From positions 125,058-189,057 of the forward strand of contig JAHCJY010000005.1 of the NCBI GenBank assembly GCA_026126065.1: a stretch of DNA of 64,000 bases. Direction: 5' to 3'. This document shows positions 54,255 through 64,000 of the stretch, one piece after another; within the stretch, counting starts at the first letter, position 1, and each line of letters begins with the position of its first letter. The notes under the pieces are model-generated. The model ran no database searches and was not told the origin of the DNA. It worked only from the letters and a program-made list of their open reading frames with translations. The DNA is from Bauldia sp. (GTDB taxonomy: Bacteria > Pseudomonadota > Alphaproteobacteria > Rhizobiales > Kaistiaceae). The position numbers were made by a program, and so were the translations under genes.

Positions 54255-54836
54255 ATGGGCGAATCGCTGACTGAGAAGGGGCGGGAAACCCAGCTCCGGA
54301 ACATCGAGCAGAAGACCGGCCGAACGTTCGCCGAACTGAAGGCACTGATCGCGGCGACCGGTCTCTCCCGGCATGGCGAGATCCGCGACCACCTCAAGGC
54401 GACCCTCGGCCTTGGCCACGGCGATGCCAACGCGCTCACCCACTACGCGCTCGGCTCGGATGGCGAGTCGCGCGCAGCCGTCGCCGGCGCCTCGGCCGAA
54501 GATGTCCTCGCCGACATTTACGCCGGCCCGAAAGCGGCGCTCCGGCCTATCCACGACCGGTTCATCGCGGCGCTCGGCTCCTTCGGCGCGTACGAGACGG
54601 CACCGAAGAAGGGCTATGTCAGCCTTCGGCGGAAGAAGCAGTTCGTGATGGTCGGACCCGGCCCCAAGGGCACCGTCGAGATCGGTTTCAACATGAAGGG
54701 CGTGGAACCTACCGCGCGGCTCGCAGCGCTCCCGCCCGGCGGCATGTGCCAGTTCCGGACCCGTGTCACGGAGGCCGCCGAGATCGATGCGGAACTGATC
54801 GCGTGGGCACGGATCGCATTCGATGCCGCCGGCTGA
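54255..54836 (+). CDS. DUF4287 plus DUF5655 domain-containing protein
   Basis: 193 aa. NIEQKTGRTFAELKALI...SRHGEIRDHLK...GLGHGDANAL matches the DUF4287 pattern. The C-terminal KKGYVSLRRKKQF is DUF5655-like. Confidence 0.6.
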   Translation: MGESLTEKGRETQLRNIEQKTGRTFAELKALIAATGLSRHGEIRDHLKATLGLGHGDANALTHYALGSDGESRAAVAGASAEDVLADIYAGPKAALRPIHDRFIAALGSFGAYETAPKKGYVSLRRKKQFVMVGPGPKGTVEIGFNMKGVEPTARLAALPPGGMCQFRTRVTEAAEIDAELIAWARIAFDAAG

Positions 54837-54990
54837 ACTCTGGCATCGCGTTGCCGAGGTGACGGACATGTGATCGGTCCGCCCTGAAACGTTCGGGCGC
54901 TCATGATCGAATGGTTTGCGTGGACGGATGCTTCCGCCCACGTCGCAAGGGGCGCATGCTCTGCCCCCGTTCGATCTCACGGAGGAATCC

Positions 54991-55482
54991 ATGATCTCCC
55001 GTCGCGCAATGCTCCTTTCGACGGCCGCCGTCGGCGCCGCCGGCATGTTCGCCGTGATCGGACGCGCCCAGGAGGGGACGCCCGAGATCTTCGAGATCAT
55101 GCGGACGGAGGACGAATGGCGGGCGATCCTGACGCCCGAGCAGTACTACGTGCTGCGGACCGAGGGCACGGAATACCCGTATACGAGCCCGCTTCTCGAC
55201 GAGCACCGTCCCGGCACCTTCAACTGCGCCGGCTGCGACCTGCCGCTCTACTCGTCGGAAACCAAGTACGATTCCCGCACCGGTTGGCCGAGCTTCTGGC
55301 AGGAGATTCCGGACGCGATCCGCACCAAGGTCGACTACGTGCTCATCGTGCCGCGGACCGAATGCCATTGCCGCCGTTGCGGCGGACATCTCGGCCACAT
55401 CTTCACGGACGGGCCGCCGCCGACCGGACTTCGCCACTGCATCAACGGCGTCTCGCTCACCTTCGTCGCGGCCGCCGCCTGA
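54991..55482 (+). CDS. msrB: Peptide-methionine (R)-S-oxide reductase MsrB with Tat-type signal
   Basis: GGAGGAATCC precedes ATG 54991. The twin-arginine signal is MISRRAMLL. Motifs seen: CAGCDLPLY, GWPSF, CRRCGGHLGHIF. Confidence 0.85.
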   Translation: MISRRAMLLSTAAVGAAGMFAVIGRAQEGTPEIFEIMRTEDEWRAILTPEQYYVLRTEGTEYPYTSPLLDEHRPGTFNCAGCDLPLYSSETKYDSRTGWPSFWQEIPDAIRTKVDYVLIVPRTECHCRRCGGHLGHIFTDGPPPTGLRHCINGVSLTFVAAAA

Positions 55483-55537
55483 TCCCGCGACCGCGTCGTC
55501 CATTGAAGCTGCCCATGCGGCGGGCTAGACCCGCCGC

Positions 55538-57211
55538 ATGGCCGTCATGCCCGCGGACCGGCTCCGCATCGCCGTAGCCCAGCTGAATCCGGTGGTCGGC
55601 GACATTGCCGGCAACCTCGCAATGGCGCACGCCGCGCGCGCCGACGCCGCCGGCCGCGATGCCGACCTCCTCGTCCTCACCGAACTGTTCCTCTCGGGCT
55701 ATCCACCCGAGGACCTCGTCCTTCGGCCGGCCTTCCTGGACGCCTGCGAGAGCGCGATCGCGGCCCTTGCCGCTGCGACGGCGGACGGCGGCCCCGCGGT
55801 GCTCATCGGCGTGCCGTGGCGCGGATCGGACGGTGGCGTCTTCAACGCCGTGCTGCTCCTCGACGGCGGCGCGATCCATTCGGTGCGCTTCAAGGTCGAA
55901 TTGCCGAACTACGGTGTCTTCGACGAGAAGCGCGTCTTCCGGGCCGGTCCGCTGCCAGATCCGGTCGTGTTCCGCGGTGTTCGCATCGGCGTGCCGATCT
56001 GCGAGGATTTGTGGGGCAGCGACGTCACGGCGCACCTTGCCACCCTCGGCGCCGAACTCCTGATCGTTCCCAACGGCTCGCCCTACTGGCGCGACAAGCA
56101 TGGCGAGCGCCTCCGGATCGCCACCACCGCCGCCGTCGCGGCGGCAGCGCCGGTCATCTACGCCAACATGCTCGGCGGGCAGGACGAGCTCGTCTTCGAC
56201 GGCGGTTCGTTCGCCCTCGACGCTCGCGGGGCCGTGATGTGGCGGCTGCCGCAGTTCGAGCCGGGGATGGCGCTGGCCGATTGCGCGCACGCCGGGGGAC
56301 GGTGGACGATCGCCCCGGGCGACACCGCGCCGGACCTGCGCGGCCCCGAGCCGGACTGGCGTGCGTCCGTCCTCGGGCTCCGGGACTATGTGGCCAAGAA
56401 CCGCTTCCCCGGCGTCGTCCTCGGGCTCTCCGGCGGCATCGATTCGGCAGTGGTCGCCGCGCTGGCGGTGGATGCCCTCGGCGCGGATCGCGTCCACTGC
56501 GTGATGCTGCCCTACCGCTTCACGTCGGAGCAGAGCGTCAACGACGCTGCCGCCTGCGCCGCCCTCCTCGGCGTCCGGCTCGACGTCGTGCCGATCGAGG
56601 CGCCCGTCAAAGGCTTCGAGACGGCGCTCGCCCCGCTGTTCGAAGGCCGCGCCCGGGACACGACGGAGGAAAACCTGCAGGCCCGGTCGCGCGGCGTCGT
56701 GCTGATGGCGCTGTCCAACAAGTCCGGCTCGCTGCTGCTGACAACGGGCAACAAGTCGGAGATCTCGGTCGGCTACGCCACGCTCTACGGCGACATGAAC
56801 GGCGGCTTCAATCCGATCAAGGACCTCTTCAAGACCGAGGTCTACCGGCTTGCCGCGTGGCGGAACGGGACGTCGGCGCAAGGCCTTCTCGGGCCCGCCG
56901 GGCGGGTGATCCCGCAGGCGATCATCGACCGGCCGCCGACGGCGGAACTGCGCGAGAACCAGCGCGACCAGGATTCGCTGCCGCCCTACGACATCCTCGA
57001 CGCCATCCTCGCCGAACTCGTCGAGCGGGAGCGGTCGGTGCCCGAGATCATCAGGTTGGGCTTCGACGCGGCGACGGTGCGCCGCGTCGAGCATCTCGTG
57101 GCCATCTCGGAATACAAGCGCCGGCAGGCCGCCCCGGGGGTGAAGATCACCGCCCGGAATTTCGGCCGCGACCGGCGCTATCCGATCACCAATCGCTACC
57201 GCGACGGTTGA
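55538..57211 (+). CDS. nadE: Glutamine-dependent NAD+ synthetase
   Basis: 557 aa. The N-terminal nitrilase-like domain has LRIAVAQLNP and ELFLSGYPPEDL. The C-terminal synthetase domain has LGLSGGIDSAV. Confidence 0.9.
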   Translation: MAVMPADRLRIAVAQLNPVVGDIAGNLAMAHAARADAAGRDADLLVLTELFLSGYPPEDLVLRPAFLDACESAIAALAAATADGGPAVLIGVPWRGSDGGVFNAVLLLDGGAIHSVRFKVELPNYGVFDEKRVFRAGPLPDPVVFRGVRIGVPICEDLWGSDVTAHLATLGAELLIVPNGSPYWRDKHGERLRIATTAAVAAAAPVIYANMLGGQDELVFDGGSFALDARGAVMWRLPQFEPGMALADCAHAGGRWTIAPGDTAPDLRGPEPDWRASVLGLRDYVAKNRFPGVVLGLSGGIDSAVVAALAVDALGADRVHCVMLPYRFTSEQSVNDAAACAALLGVRLDVVPIEAPVKGFETALAPLFEGRARDTTEENLQARSRGVVLMALSNKSGSLLLTTGNKSEISVGYATLYGDMNGGFNPIKDLFKTEVYRLAAWRNGTSAQGLLGPAGRVIPQAIIDRPPTAELRENQRDQDSLPPYDILDAILAELVERERSVPEIIRLGFDAATVRRVEHLVAISEYKRRQAAPGVKITARNFGRDRRYPITNRYRDG

Positions 57212-57214
57212 TGC

Positions 57215-57889
57215 CTACGCCGAAAGGACCGTGACGCGCGTTCCCACGGGGACGCGGTTGTACAGGTCGATCACGTCCTGGTTGATCATCCGGATGCAGC
57301 CCGACGAGACGTCGCTCCCGATGGTCCATGGCGCGTTCGTTCCGTGGATGCGGTACAGCGTGTCGCGGCCTCCCTGGTAGAGGTAGTGCGCGCGGGCGCC
57401 GAGCGGGTTTTCGAGCCCGCCGGGCATTCCGTTGGCCCACGGCCGGGCAGCGGGATCGCGGGCGACCATCGCGGCGGGCGGCGTCCAGGTCGGCCACTCC
57501 GCCTTGCGCGCGATGTTCGCCACGCCGGACCAGCCGAAACCCTCGCGGCCTACGCCAACGCCGTAGCGGTACGACAGGCCCTCCGGCTGCAGGAAATAGA
57601 GGTACTTGTTGCGCGGATCGACGACGATCTCGCCCGCCCGCTGCGTGAAGGACGTCGGCGTCAGGACCGTGGTCCGGTAGAATGCGGGGTTGATGTAGCG
57701 AGGATCGACGGCCGGGATCGGGAAGCGCTCGTCGGGCAGCGGCCCGTAGAGAGTCGCAACCGGATCTTCGAGAAGCGGAATGGTCGTGCAGGCCGCCATT
57801 GCAAGCGGCAGGCCGACGATGAAGGCCCGACGCGTCACGTCAGTCCCGGTCCGGCCGGATTTCAAGGTTGCAGCGCCCCCCGGCGACAT
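57215..57889 (-). CDS. L,D-transpeptidase (YkuD domain) lipoprotein
   Basis: The Tat/lipobox-like N-terminus is [15 protein letters not shown]. The catalytic motif is [23 protein letters not shown]. Confidence 0.85.
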   Translation of the reverse strand: MSPGGAATLKSGRTGTDVTRRAFIVGLPLAMAACTTIPLLEDPVATLYGPLPDERFPIPAVDPRYINPAFYRTTVLTPTSFTQRAGEIVVDPRNKYLYFLQPEGLSYRYGVGVGREGFGWSGVANIARKAEWPTWTPPAAMVARDPAARPWANGMPGGLENPLGARAHYLYQGGRDTLYRIHGTNAPWTIGSDVSSGCIRMINQDVIDLYNRVPVGTRVTVLSA

Positions 57890-58047
57890 GTGATCAGCCC
57901 CATGAATAGAAAAGACGAAAGGTGGGGCGCCCGATTCGGGCGCTTACCCAAGTGTGGGAGACCATTGTTAACGAGACCCTCCCGCCCGGCAACGCGCGTC
58001 AAGCAACAGTGATTGCCGCAGGAAGCGGCGGCAGCTAGGGACAGGGA

Positions 58048-59421
58048 ATGGCGCCGATAGTCCGTTTTGCCCCGTCCCCGACTGGGTTTATTCACGTTGG
58101 CAATGCGCGCACGGCCCTGTTCAACTGGCTGTTCGCCCTGCGGGAAGGCGGGCGCTTCCTGCTGCGTTTTGATGACACTGATGCAAAACGGTCACGGTCC
58201 GACCTCGCGGAAGCGATCTCCCGCGACCTCGCCTGGCTCGGAATCGAGCCCGCCGCCACCTATCGCCAGTCCGATCGTCTGGCCCTTTATGCCGATGCGG
58301 CGGATCGCCTGAAGGCGGGAGGCCGCCTCTACGCCTGCTACGAGACCGCCGAAGAGCTCGAGGCCCGCCGGCAAAGCCAGCGCCGCCGCGGTCTGCCGCC
58401 GGTCTATGATCGCGCGGCGTTGCGCCTGACCGTTGCCGAACGCAGCGCGCTCGAGGCGCAGGGGAGGCGGCCGCACTGGCGCTTCCTCCTCGGCAGCCCC
58501 GCAGCAGAGCGCGCCGCGGGCGAGATTGCCTGGCGCGACCTGTTCCGCGGCCCGCAGGCCATCGACCTCGGCTCGCTGTCCGACCCGGTCCTCGTCCGCG
58601 AGGATGGCACCTACCCCTACACCTTGCCGTCCGTGGCCGACGACATCGACATGGGCACGACCCATGTGATCCGCGGTGAGGACCATGTCACCAACACGGC
58701 CGTCCAGGTCGAACTCTTCCGCGCCCTCGGTGCCGCGGAGCCCGGATTCGGCCACCACAACCTCCTCGTCAACGCCGAAGGGGAGGGGCTGTCGAAGCGC
58801 ATGGGCTCCCAGTCGGTCGCCTCCTACCGCGATGCCGGCTACGAGGCGATGGCCGTTGCCTCGCTCGCCGTGCTCATCGGGACGTCCGAGGCCGTGGAAC
58901 CGGCGCTCGACCTCGCCGACCTCGCCCGCCGCTTCGCGCCGGCCAGGGTCTCCCGTGCCCCGGCGCGCTTCGACGAGGCGGAACTCGCCGCCGTCAATGC
59001 GCGCCTTCTCCATGTCCTGCCCTGGCCCGCCGTGGCGGACCGGCTGGATTCCCTCGGAGTCGGAGGCGGCGAAGCCTTCTGGAACGCCGTGCGGAAGAAC
59101 TGCGTGCGTCTGGCCGATGCCCGCGTGTGGTGGGACCTCGTCAACGGCGCGCCGCCGGCGGCGGCAGTCGCCGAGGCCGACGATGCCGCCTTCATCGCCG
59201 CGGCGGCCGAACTCCTGCCGGCCGAACCATGGGATTCATCGACGTGGAGCGCGTGGATCGGAGCGGTCAAGGCGGCCACGGGGCGCTCGGGCAAGCGGCT
59301 GTTCATGCCGCTTCGGCTTGCCTTGACCGGCCTTGATCACGGGCCGGAGCTGGCGGCGCTCCTGCCGTTCATTGGGCGTAGTAATACGCTGGCCCGATTA
59401 GCCTTATCCCGCCCTCGGTAA
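58048..59421 (+). CDS. gltX: Glutamate--tRNA ligase
   Basis: [22 protein letters not shown] carries the HIGH-type motif. Further motifs are GEDH and LSKR (KMSKS-type). Confidence 0.9.
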   Translation: MAPIVRFAPSPTGFIHVGNARTALFNWLFALREGGRFLLRFDDTDAKRSRSDLAEAISRDLAWLGIEPAATYRQSDRLALYADAADRLKAGGRLYACYETAEELEARRQSQRRRGLPPVYDRAALRLTVAERSALEAQGRRPHWRFLLGSPAAERAAGEIAWRDLFRGPQAIDLGSLSDPVLVREDGTYPYTLPSVADDIDMGTTHVIRGEDHVTNTAVQVELFRALGAAEPGFGHHNLLVNAEGEGLSKRMGSQSVASYRDAGYEAMAVASLAVLIGTSEAVEPALDLADLARRFAPARVSRAPARFDEAELAAVNARLLHVLPWPAVADRLDSLGVGGGEAFWNAVRKNCVRLADARVWWDLVNGAPPAAAVAEADDAAFIAAAAELLPAEPWDSSTWSAWIGAVKAATGRSGKRLFMPLRLALTGLDHGPELAALLPFIGRSNTLARLALSRPR

Positions 59422-60376
59422 CGCCGGCCACCGTGGCTTCCGCCGGCGTTGCGCCGATACCGGGCGTGAGCCCGCCGGCGCGGTTGGCGACCGTCTCGGG
59501 ATCCTCGCTCGGCTCGGGCCGGCGCAGCGGCACCGGCACGACCGAGCGCAGTGCCGCAAGCTGTTCCTGCGCCGTCGGGACGTACTGCGCCACCGCGACC
59601 GGTGTCGTGCCGTTGCCGGGGTGGCAGCCGCACGTCGGATTGAAGGCGGTCTGGTAGAGGAACGCGTTGGGGCTCGCCGTGTAGCGCTCGCCGGCGAGGT
59701 TGGTCGCCGTGGACATGTCGCCGCCCGGGTTCCGGTAGACGTACAGCTGGGCGCCGGGACATTGCTGCCGGCAGGTCGCCTCGTCGGCAGGGAACTGGGC
59801 CTGTGTGGTCGCGAAGCTGATCGGGAAGAAGCCCCCGTCGCAGGAGCGGACGCAGACCGTCCGGAACGTCTCGACGTTCGGCACCACCGCGCCCGGATAG
59901 GGGATCGTGGTCGTCGGCGTGCCGAACAGGCGGTCGAGAAGGCCGCCGCCCTGCTGCGGACCGCCATAGGCAGCATATTGCGGGCCGCAATTGTTGGCGG
60001 CGAGCGCGCGCAGGATGCTCTCCCGCTGGGCGTTCACCTGGCCCGGATTGGCCGCCGCAAGCGCCTGCTCGAGCTGGCGGACGCCGGCCTGGCGCTGGTC
60101 GAGATTGGCCAGAATCGCAGTGCACTGCGGCGGCGCGAACCGCCGGAACAGGACGATGCAGCCAGCCTGCTCGGCCTGACGGTAGGCCGTGTCGTACGCG
60201 GCGCGCTGCTGCTGGTACTGGGCGTTGAGCTGGTTGTATTGCTGCTGGGCGCCGCCACGGTCGATCGCTGCCAGCTGGCTTTCAAGCTGCAGGCAGGCCT
60301 GCTGCGCGACTGCCGGGGTGGCAGCCAGCAGAAAGACCGCAATTGCCAGCGGTTTGAACCGTATTCCCAGCCGCAT
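59369..60376 (-). CDS. DUF2865 domain-containing secreted protein
   Basis: ATG at 60376, with a signal peptide and a Gln-rich coiled region. [18 protein letters not shown] is the DUF2865 hallmark. The 3' end overlaps gltX by 53 nt. Confidence 0.7.
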   Translation of the reverse strand: MRLGIRFKPLAIAVFLLAATPAVAQQACLQLESQLAAIDRGGAQQQYNQLNAQYQQQRAAYDTAYRQAEQAGCIVLFRRFAPPQCTAILANLDQRQAGVRQLEQALAAANPGQVNAQRESILRALAANNCGPQYAAYGGPQQGGGLLDRLFGTPTTTIPYPGAVVPNVETFRTVCVRSCDGGFFPISFATTQAQFPADEATCRQQCPGAQLYVYRNPGGDMSTATNLAGERYTASPNAFLYQTAFNPTCGCHPGNGTTPVAVAQYVPTAQEQLAALRSVVPVPLRRPEPSEDPETVANRAGGLTPGIGATPAEATVAGVTEGGIRLIGPAYYYAQ

Positions 60377-60571
60377 TCGAACAGATCCGCATTCAAAGCC
60401 CCCAACCCGCTGAATAACACGGAGTTCTGTCTGCCGCACCACAGCGGGGCGGAACCGGGGGGTGCGGCCATTCTGAGTCTGGTCAACACTTCGCGACGCG
60501 GATAAAAGACGCGCGACATAGGTCGGCGCCACGAGGGAACCGGGCGGCCGCTTCATGAAAATCCTGGGGGG

Positions 60572-61252
60572 ATGACAGTGGTCCTAGAGCGCTACGACAA
60601 CCGGATCAGCATCGGCCATGTGATCGTGTTCCTCGTGATCGCGGTCGCCCTTGGCGCGTATCTCGCCTTCGTGACCGGCCCGCATCTCCGCGAGGCGATC
60701 GACGCGGGCGTGGCCACCATCGTCGAGACGCCGGCCGAGGGCGCCGCTGCGATCGAGGAAGGCGTCGAGGAAGAGCGTGGCGTAACGCTCCTCGACATGC
60801 GCTTCACCGGCTTCGAGCATGAGGACGTCGACAACCTCAAGGCGGCGCTGACCGACGAGGACGTGTCGTACTACACCGGCAACCACCTCGTTGCGGACCT
60901 CTTCTTCGCCCCGGCCTTCTTCCTCGCCTTCTCGTGCCTCTTCATCTTCCTCACCAAGCCGGGCCGCCGCTTTGCGGTCCCGCTCCCGGAAGGTGTTCGC
61001 CTCGTGGTGCTTTCGCTCGGCCTTGCCGCCTTCGTGGCGGATGTCGGCGAGAACATCTGCCTGTGGATCATCATGGGCAGCGAGGATCCGGCCAACGGCC
61101 TCCTGTTCCTCGGCGCCACGCTGACCGGGATCAAGTGGCTTGCCTATTCGGCCGCGGCGGCTGCCATCCTCGCCACGGTGGTCCTTGCGGTGCTGCGCGG
61201 CCTCGGCGGCGGCAATTCGGCGCCGGCCCGTCCGGCGGGCGCGCGCCACTAG
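60572..61252 (+). CDS. Hypothetical membrane protein
   Basis: 226 aa with about 4-5 predicted TM helices and high third-position GC. No family was recognised. Confidence 0.5.
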   Translation: MTVVLERYDNRISIGHVIVFLVIAVALGAYLAFVTGPHLREAIDAGVATIVETPAEGAAAIEEGVEEERGVTLLDMRFTGFEHEDVDNLKAALTDEDVSYYTGNHLVADLFFAPAFFLAFSCLFIFLTKPGRRFAVPLPEGVRLVVLSLGLAAFVADVGENICLWIIMGSEDPANGLLFLGATLTGIKWLAYSAAAAAILATVVLAVLRGLGGGNSAPARPAGARH

Positions 61253-61464
61253 GCGCGCCCCAAACGCTGCGACGAGGCTTGACGCTCCGACAGGAATGCG
61301 CGAAGATGCCCGGCATGACGGCCCGGGCGCCTTCGTGCGCTATCAAGATCTGTCGGATCATTATTACCTGCTAGCAACCCTGCTGGCTGAGGCCGTCCCC
61401 TCCTGACTTCCTGATACCACTCGAGAGGATTGCCCCCGGCCAGCGGGCCAGGGAGCTGTTTCTC

Positions 61465-62883
61465 GTGTCGGCTGAGACGCAATCGGGCCCGTCGGGGCTC
61501 AAGCTGTTCAATACGCTGTCGCGTTCGAAGGAGCTTTTCGCTCCGCTCGATCCGTCGAATGTGCGTGTCTATGTCTGCGGGCCGACGGTCTACGACCTCG
61601 CCCACATCGGCAACGCGCGGCCGGTCATCGTCTTCGATCTCCTGTTCCGGCTCCTTCGCCATCTCTATGGCGAGGATCACGTCACCTATGTCCGCAACAT
61701 CACGGACGTGGACGACAAGATCAACGCGCGGGCGGCCCGCGACTTCCCAGGCATGCCGCTGAACCAGGCGATCCGGCGCGTCACTGCCGGGACGGAGCGC
61801 CAGTTCCGCGAGGACGTGGCCGCACTTGGCACGCTACCGCCGACGCTCGAGCCCCGCGCGACCGACCACATCGAGGAGATGCTCCGCATGACGGAGCGCC
61901 TCGTCGAGCGCGGCTATGCCTATGTGGCCGAAGGCCACGCGCTGTTCGATGTCCACGCCTGGACGAACCCGGACGGTTCGCTCGAATACGGCAAGCTTTC
62001 CAACCGCACGCTCGACGACATGATCGCCGGCGCCCGCGTCGAGGTCGCGCCCTACAAGCGCAACGCGATGGACTTCGTGCTGTGGAAGCCCTCGAAGGAG
62101 GACGAACCGAGCTGGCCGTCGACCTTCGGCAATGGCCGCCCCGGCTGGCACATCGAGTGCTCGGCGATGGCGGAAAAGCATCTCGGCACGACGTTTGACA
62201 TCCACGGCGGCGGCATCGACCTGGTGTTCCCGCACCACGAGAACGAGATCGCCCAGTCGCGCTGCGCGCACGGCACCTCGATCATGGCGCAGGTCTGGAT
62301 GCACAACGGGTTCCTCCAGGTGGAGGGCGAGAAGATGTCCAAGAGCACCGGCAACTTCATCACCATGCGCGATGTCCTGAAGGACTGGCCGGGCGACGTG
62401 GTGCGCCTCAACATGCTGCGGACCCACTACCGCCAGCCGATCGACTGGACCGTCGCCTCGCTCGAGGAGAGCGAGAAGATGCTCGGCCACTGGTTCGACG
62501 CCGCGTCGGACGACGCCGAGCCGCGTCCCGCGGCCGCCGTCATCGAGGCGCTCGAAGACGATCTCAACACGCCGAAGGCAATCGCCGAACTCCACGGCCT
62601 CCGCAGCCGCGCCGGGCACAAATCGCTGGCGGGCTCGCTTGCATTCCTCGGCTTTCGCCGCGAAGCACTGGCCGATTGGCGCGCCGCGCATGCCCCAACA
62701 CTGGCCGTGTCGGTGGCGGAGATCGAAGAGAGGCTCGCCGCGCGCATCGCCGCCCGCACCGCGAAGGATTTCGCCGCGGCAGATCGCATCCGCGGCGAAC
62801 TCGAAGCCCTCGGCATCCGCCTGACCGACCGCCGCGATCCCGTGACCGGCGATGTGACGACGACCTGGGAGGCGGCGCGATGA
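61465..62883 (+). CDS. cysS: Cysteine--tRNA ligase
   Basis: Motifs seen: [46 protein letters not shown]. Confidence 0.95.
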   Translation: MSAETQSGPSGLKLFNTLSRSKELFAPLDPSNVRVYVCGPTVYDLAHIGNARPVIVFDLLFRLLRHLYGEDHVTYVRNITDVDDKINARAARDFPGMPLNQAIRRVTAGTERQFREDVAALGTLPPTLEPRATDHIEEMLRMTERLVERGYAYVAEGHALFDVHAWTNPDGSLEYGKLSNRTLDDMIAGARVEVAPYKRNAMDFVLWKPSKEDEPSWPSTFGNGRPGWHIECSAMAEKHLGTTFDIHGGGIDLVFPHHENEIAQSRCAHGTSIMAQVWMHNGFLQVEGEKMSKSTGNFITMRDVLKDWPGDVVRLNMLRTHYRQPIDWTVASLEESEKMLGHWFDAASDDAEPRPAAAVIEALEDDLNTPKAIAELHGLRSRAGHKSLAGSLAFLGFRREALADWRAAHAPTLAVSVAEIEERLAARIAARTAKDFAAADRIRGELEALGIRLTDRRDPVTGDVTTTWEAAR

Positions 62884-63028
62884 GCGCGGCGATCTTCATG
62901 AACCGGTGGAAGAGCCGCGGCCAACCGATTCTGTCGAATCGGGAATCCCGGTCCACCCTGACGGCACCGCTTGCTCCGCGTTCACCCTCCCACCCGCGCC
63001 GCGTGTCGGCTCGGCAGAGGAGCGCCGC

Positions 63029-63505
63029 ATGACCGACCATCCGGTCTCCCTTTCCGGTGGCTGTCAGTGCGGCGCGGTGCGGTTCCGCGTCGGTGCGGTC
63101 GGCCGCGCCTCGATCTGCCATTGCCGGATGTGTCAGAAGGCGTTCGGCTCGTTCTTCGGTCCGCTCGTCACCGTCTCGGACCTCACCTGGACACGTGGCC
63201 GGCCCAAGCGGTTCTGGAGCTCCAACCTCGTCCAGCGCGGTTTTTGCGCCGAGTGCGGCACGCCGCTCACCTTCGAGCACCCGGCCGGCGTCGAACTCGC
63301 CATCGGCGCATTCGACGATCCGTCGGCGGTCCCGCCGACCATCCAGGTCAGCCGCGAGGAACGGCTGCCGTTCTTCGACGGGCTGCCCGGACTGCCGCTC
63401 AAGCCCGGCCACGAGGCCGCGCTGTTCCTCGCCACCGTCGTGAGCCGCCAGCACCCGGACTACGACACCGCGATCTGGCCTCCCGAAGAGCCGACCGATG
63501 ACTAG
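63029..63505 (+). CDS. GFA (CENP-V/glutathione-dependent formaldehyde-activating) family protein
   Basis: MTDHPVSLSGGCQCGAVRF...ICHCRMCQK...FCAECGTPL are zinc-binding Cys motifs. Confidence 0.75.
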   Translation: MTDHPVSLSGGCQCGAVRFRVGAVGRASICHCRMCQKAFGSFFGPLVTVSDLTWTRGRPKRFWSSNLVQRGFCAECGTPLTFEHPAGVELAIGAFDDPSAVPPTIQVSREERLPFFDGLPGLPLKPGHEAALFLATVVSRQHPDYDTAIWPPEEPTDD

Positions 63506-64000
63506 GGAGCGCCTCAGCCTGTTCGACACGACACTGCGTGACGGCGCCCAGACGCCGGGCATCGACTTCACGCTCGTCGACAAGGAACTGGTGGCGGAAC
63601 TCCTCGACTCCTTCGGCATGGACTATGTCGAGGGCGGCTACCCCGGTGCGAACCCGCTCGACACCGAGTTCTTTGCCGCCCGGCGCACGAAGCGCGCGAA
63701 GTTCACCGCGTTCGGCCGCGTGAAGAAGGCCGGCGCCAGCGTCTCCAACGATCTCGGTCTCCGCGCGCTCCTTGATGCGAAGGCGGATGCCATCTGCTTC
63801 GTGGCGAAGGCGTCCGACTACCAGGTCCGCGTCGCCCTCGGCATCGGCAGGGAGGACAACCTCGAGAGCGTCCGCCTGTCCGTCGAGGCGGCGGGCGCCC
63901 TGGGCCGCGAGGCTCTCGTCGACTGCGAGCACTTCTTCGACGGCTACAAGGCCGACCCGGCCTATGCGCTGGCCGTGGCGAAGACCGCATACGACGCCGG
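63498..64000 (+). CDS. cimA: Citramalate synthase / LeuA-family protein, N-terminal part (runs off the right edge)
   Basis: Not in the ORF track because it has no stop in the window. ATG at 63498 overlaps the upstream gene's 3' end by 8 nt. MTRERLSLFDTTLRDGAQTPGIDFT...YVEGGYPGANP is typical of CimA/LeuA. Confidence 0.7.
   Translation, partial: MTRERLSLFDTTLRDGAQTPGIDFTLVDKELVAELLDSFGMDYVEGGYPGANPLDTEFFAARRTKRAKFTAFGRVKKAGASVSNDLGLRALLDAKADAICFVAKASDYQVRVALGIGREDNLESVRLSVEAAGALGREALVDCEHFFDGYKADPAYALAVAKTAYDA

Noticed and set aside
1-64000. CRISPR arrays, rRNA genes, intact transposases and prophage structural genes.
   Set aside because: None were seen. There are no regularly spaced direct repeats, the only stable RNA is one tRNA, and only stubs of mobility genes are present.

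Overview
This is a high-GC (about 65-70%) chromosomal segment that looks alphaproteobacterial (Hyphomicrobiales-like, by inference). Most of it is housekeeping: dusA, apbC, lrp, a livHMKGF-type ABC operon, class II DAHP synthase, gor, rpiA, gph, tRNA-Val(CAC), moaA, msrB, nadE, gltX, cysS, and a translationally coupled type-III-like cellulose operon bcsN-bcsA-bcsB-bcsZ-bcsK.

The standout is a roughly 12.8 kb insertion in the 5' end of dusA (about 504-13410). It is bracketed by a duplicated dusA 5' segment and carries decayed mobility genes: an integrase N-terminal stub and an IS481-like stub.

Its cargo is a tight four-gene minus-strand operon (two paralogous ~610-640 aa GG-motif flavoproteins, a small-molecule SAM methyltransferase, and a 1643-aa truncated-pseudokinase/STAND ATPase/GAF/class III cyclase protein whose substrate-specifying Lys is replaced by Gln); a divergent Crp/Fnr regulator with an intact cNMP phosphate-binding cassette; and two or three paralogous small secreted Cys proteins.

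I consider this island cassette the best candidate for an undescribed cNMP-controlled small-molecule or accessory system.

Other oddities:
- a 0.6 kb low-GC insert with a frameshifted Imm11/DUF1629-like gene
- a lipoprotein-type S8 autotransporter with a Gly11 linker
- a G10 tract at the operon's 5' end
- GGGGAGAGG-type hairpin repeats

All family assignments come from motif recognition by eye. No searches were run.
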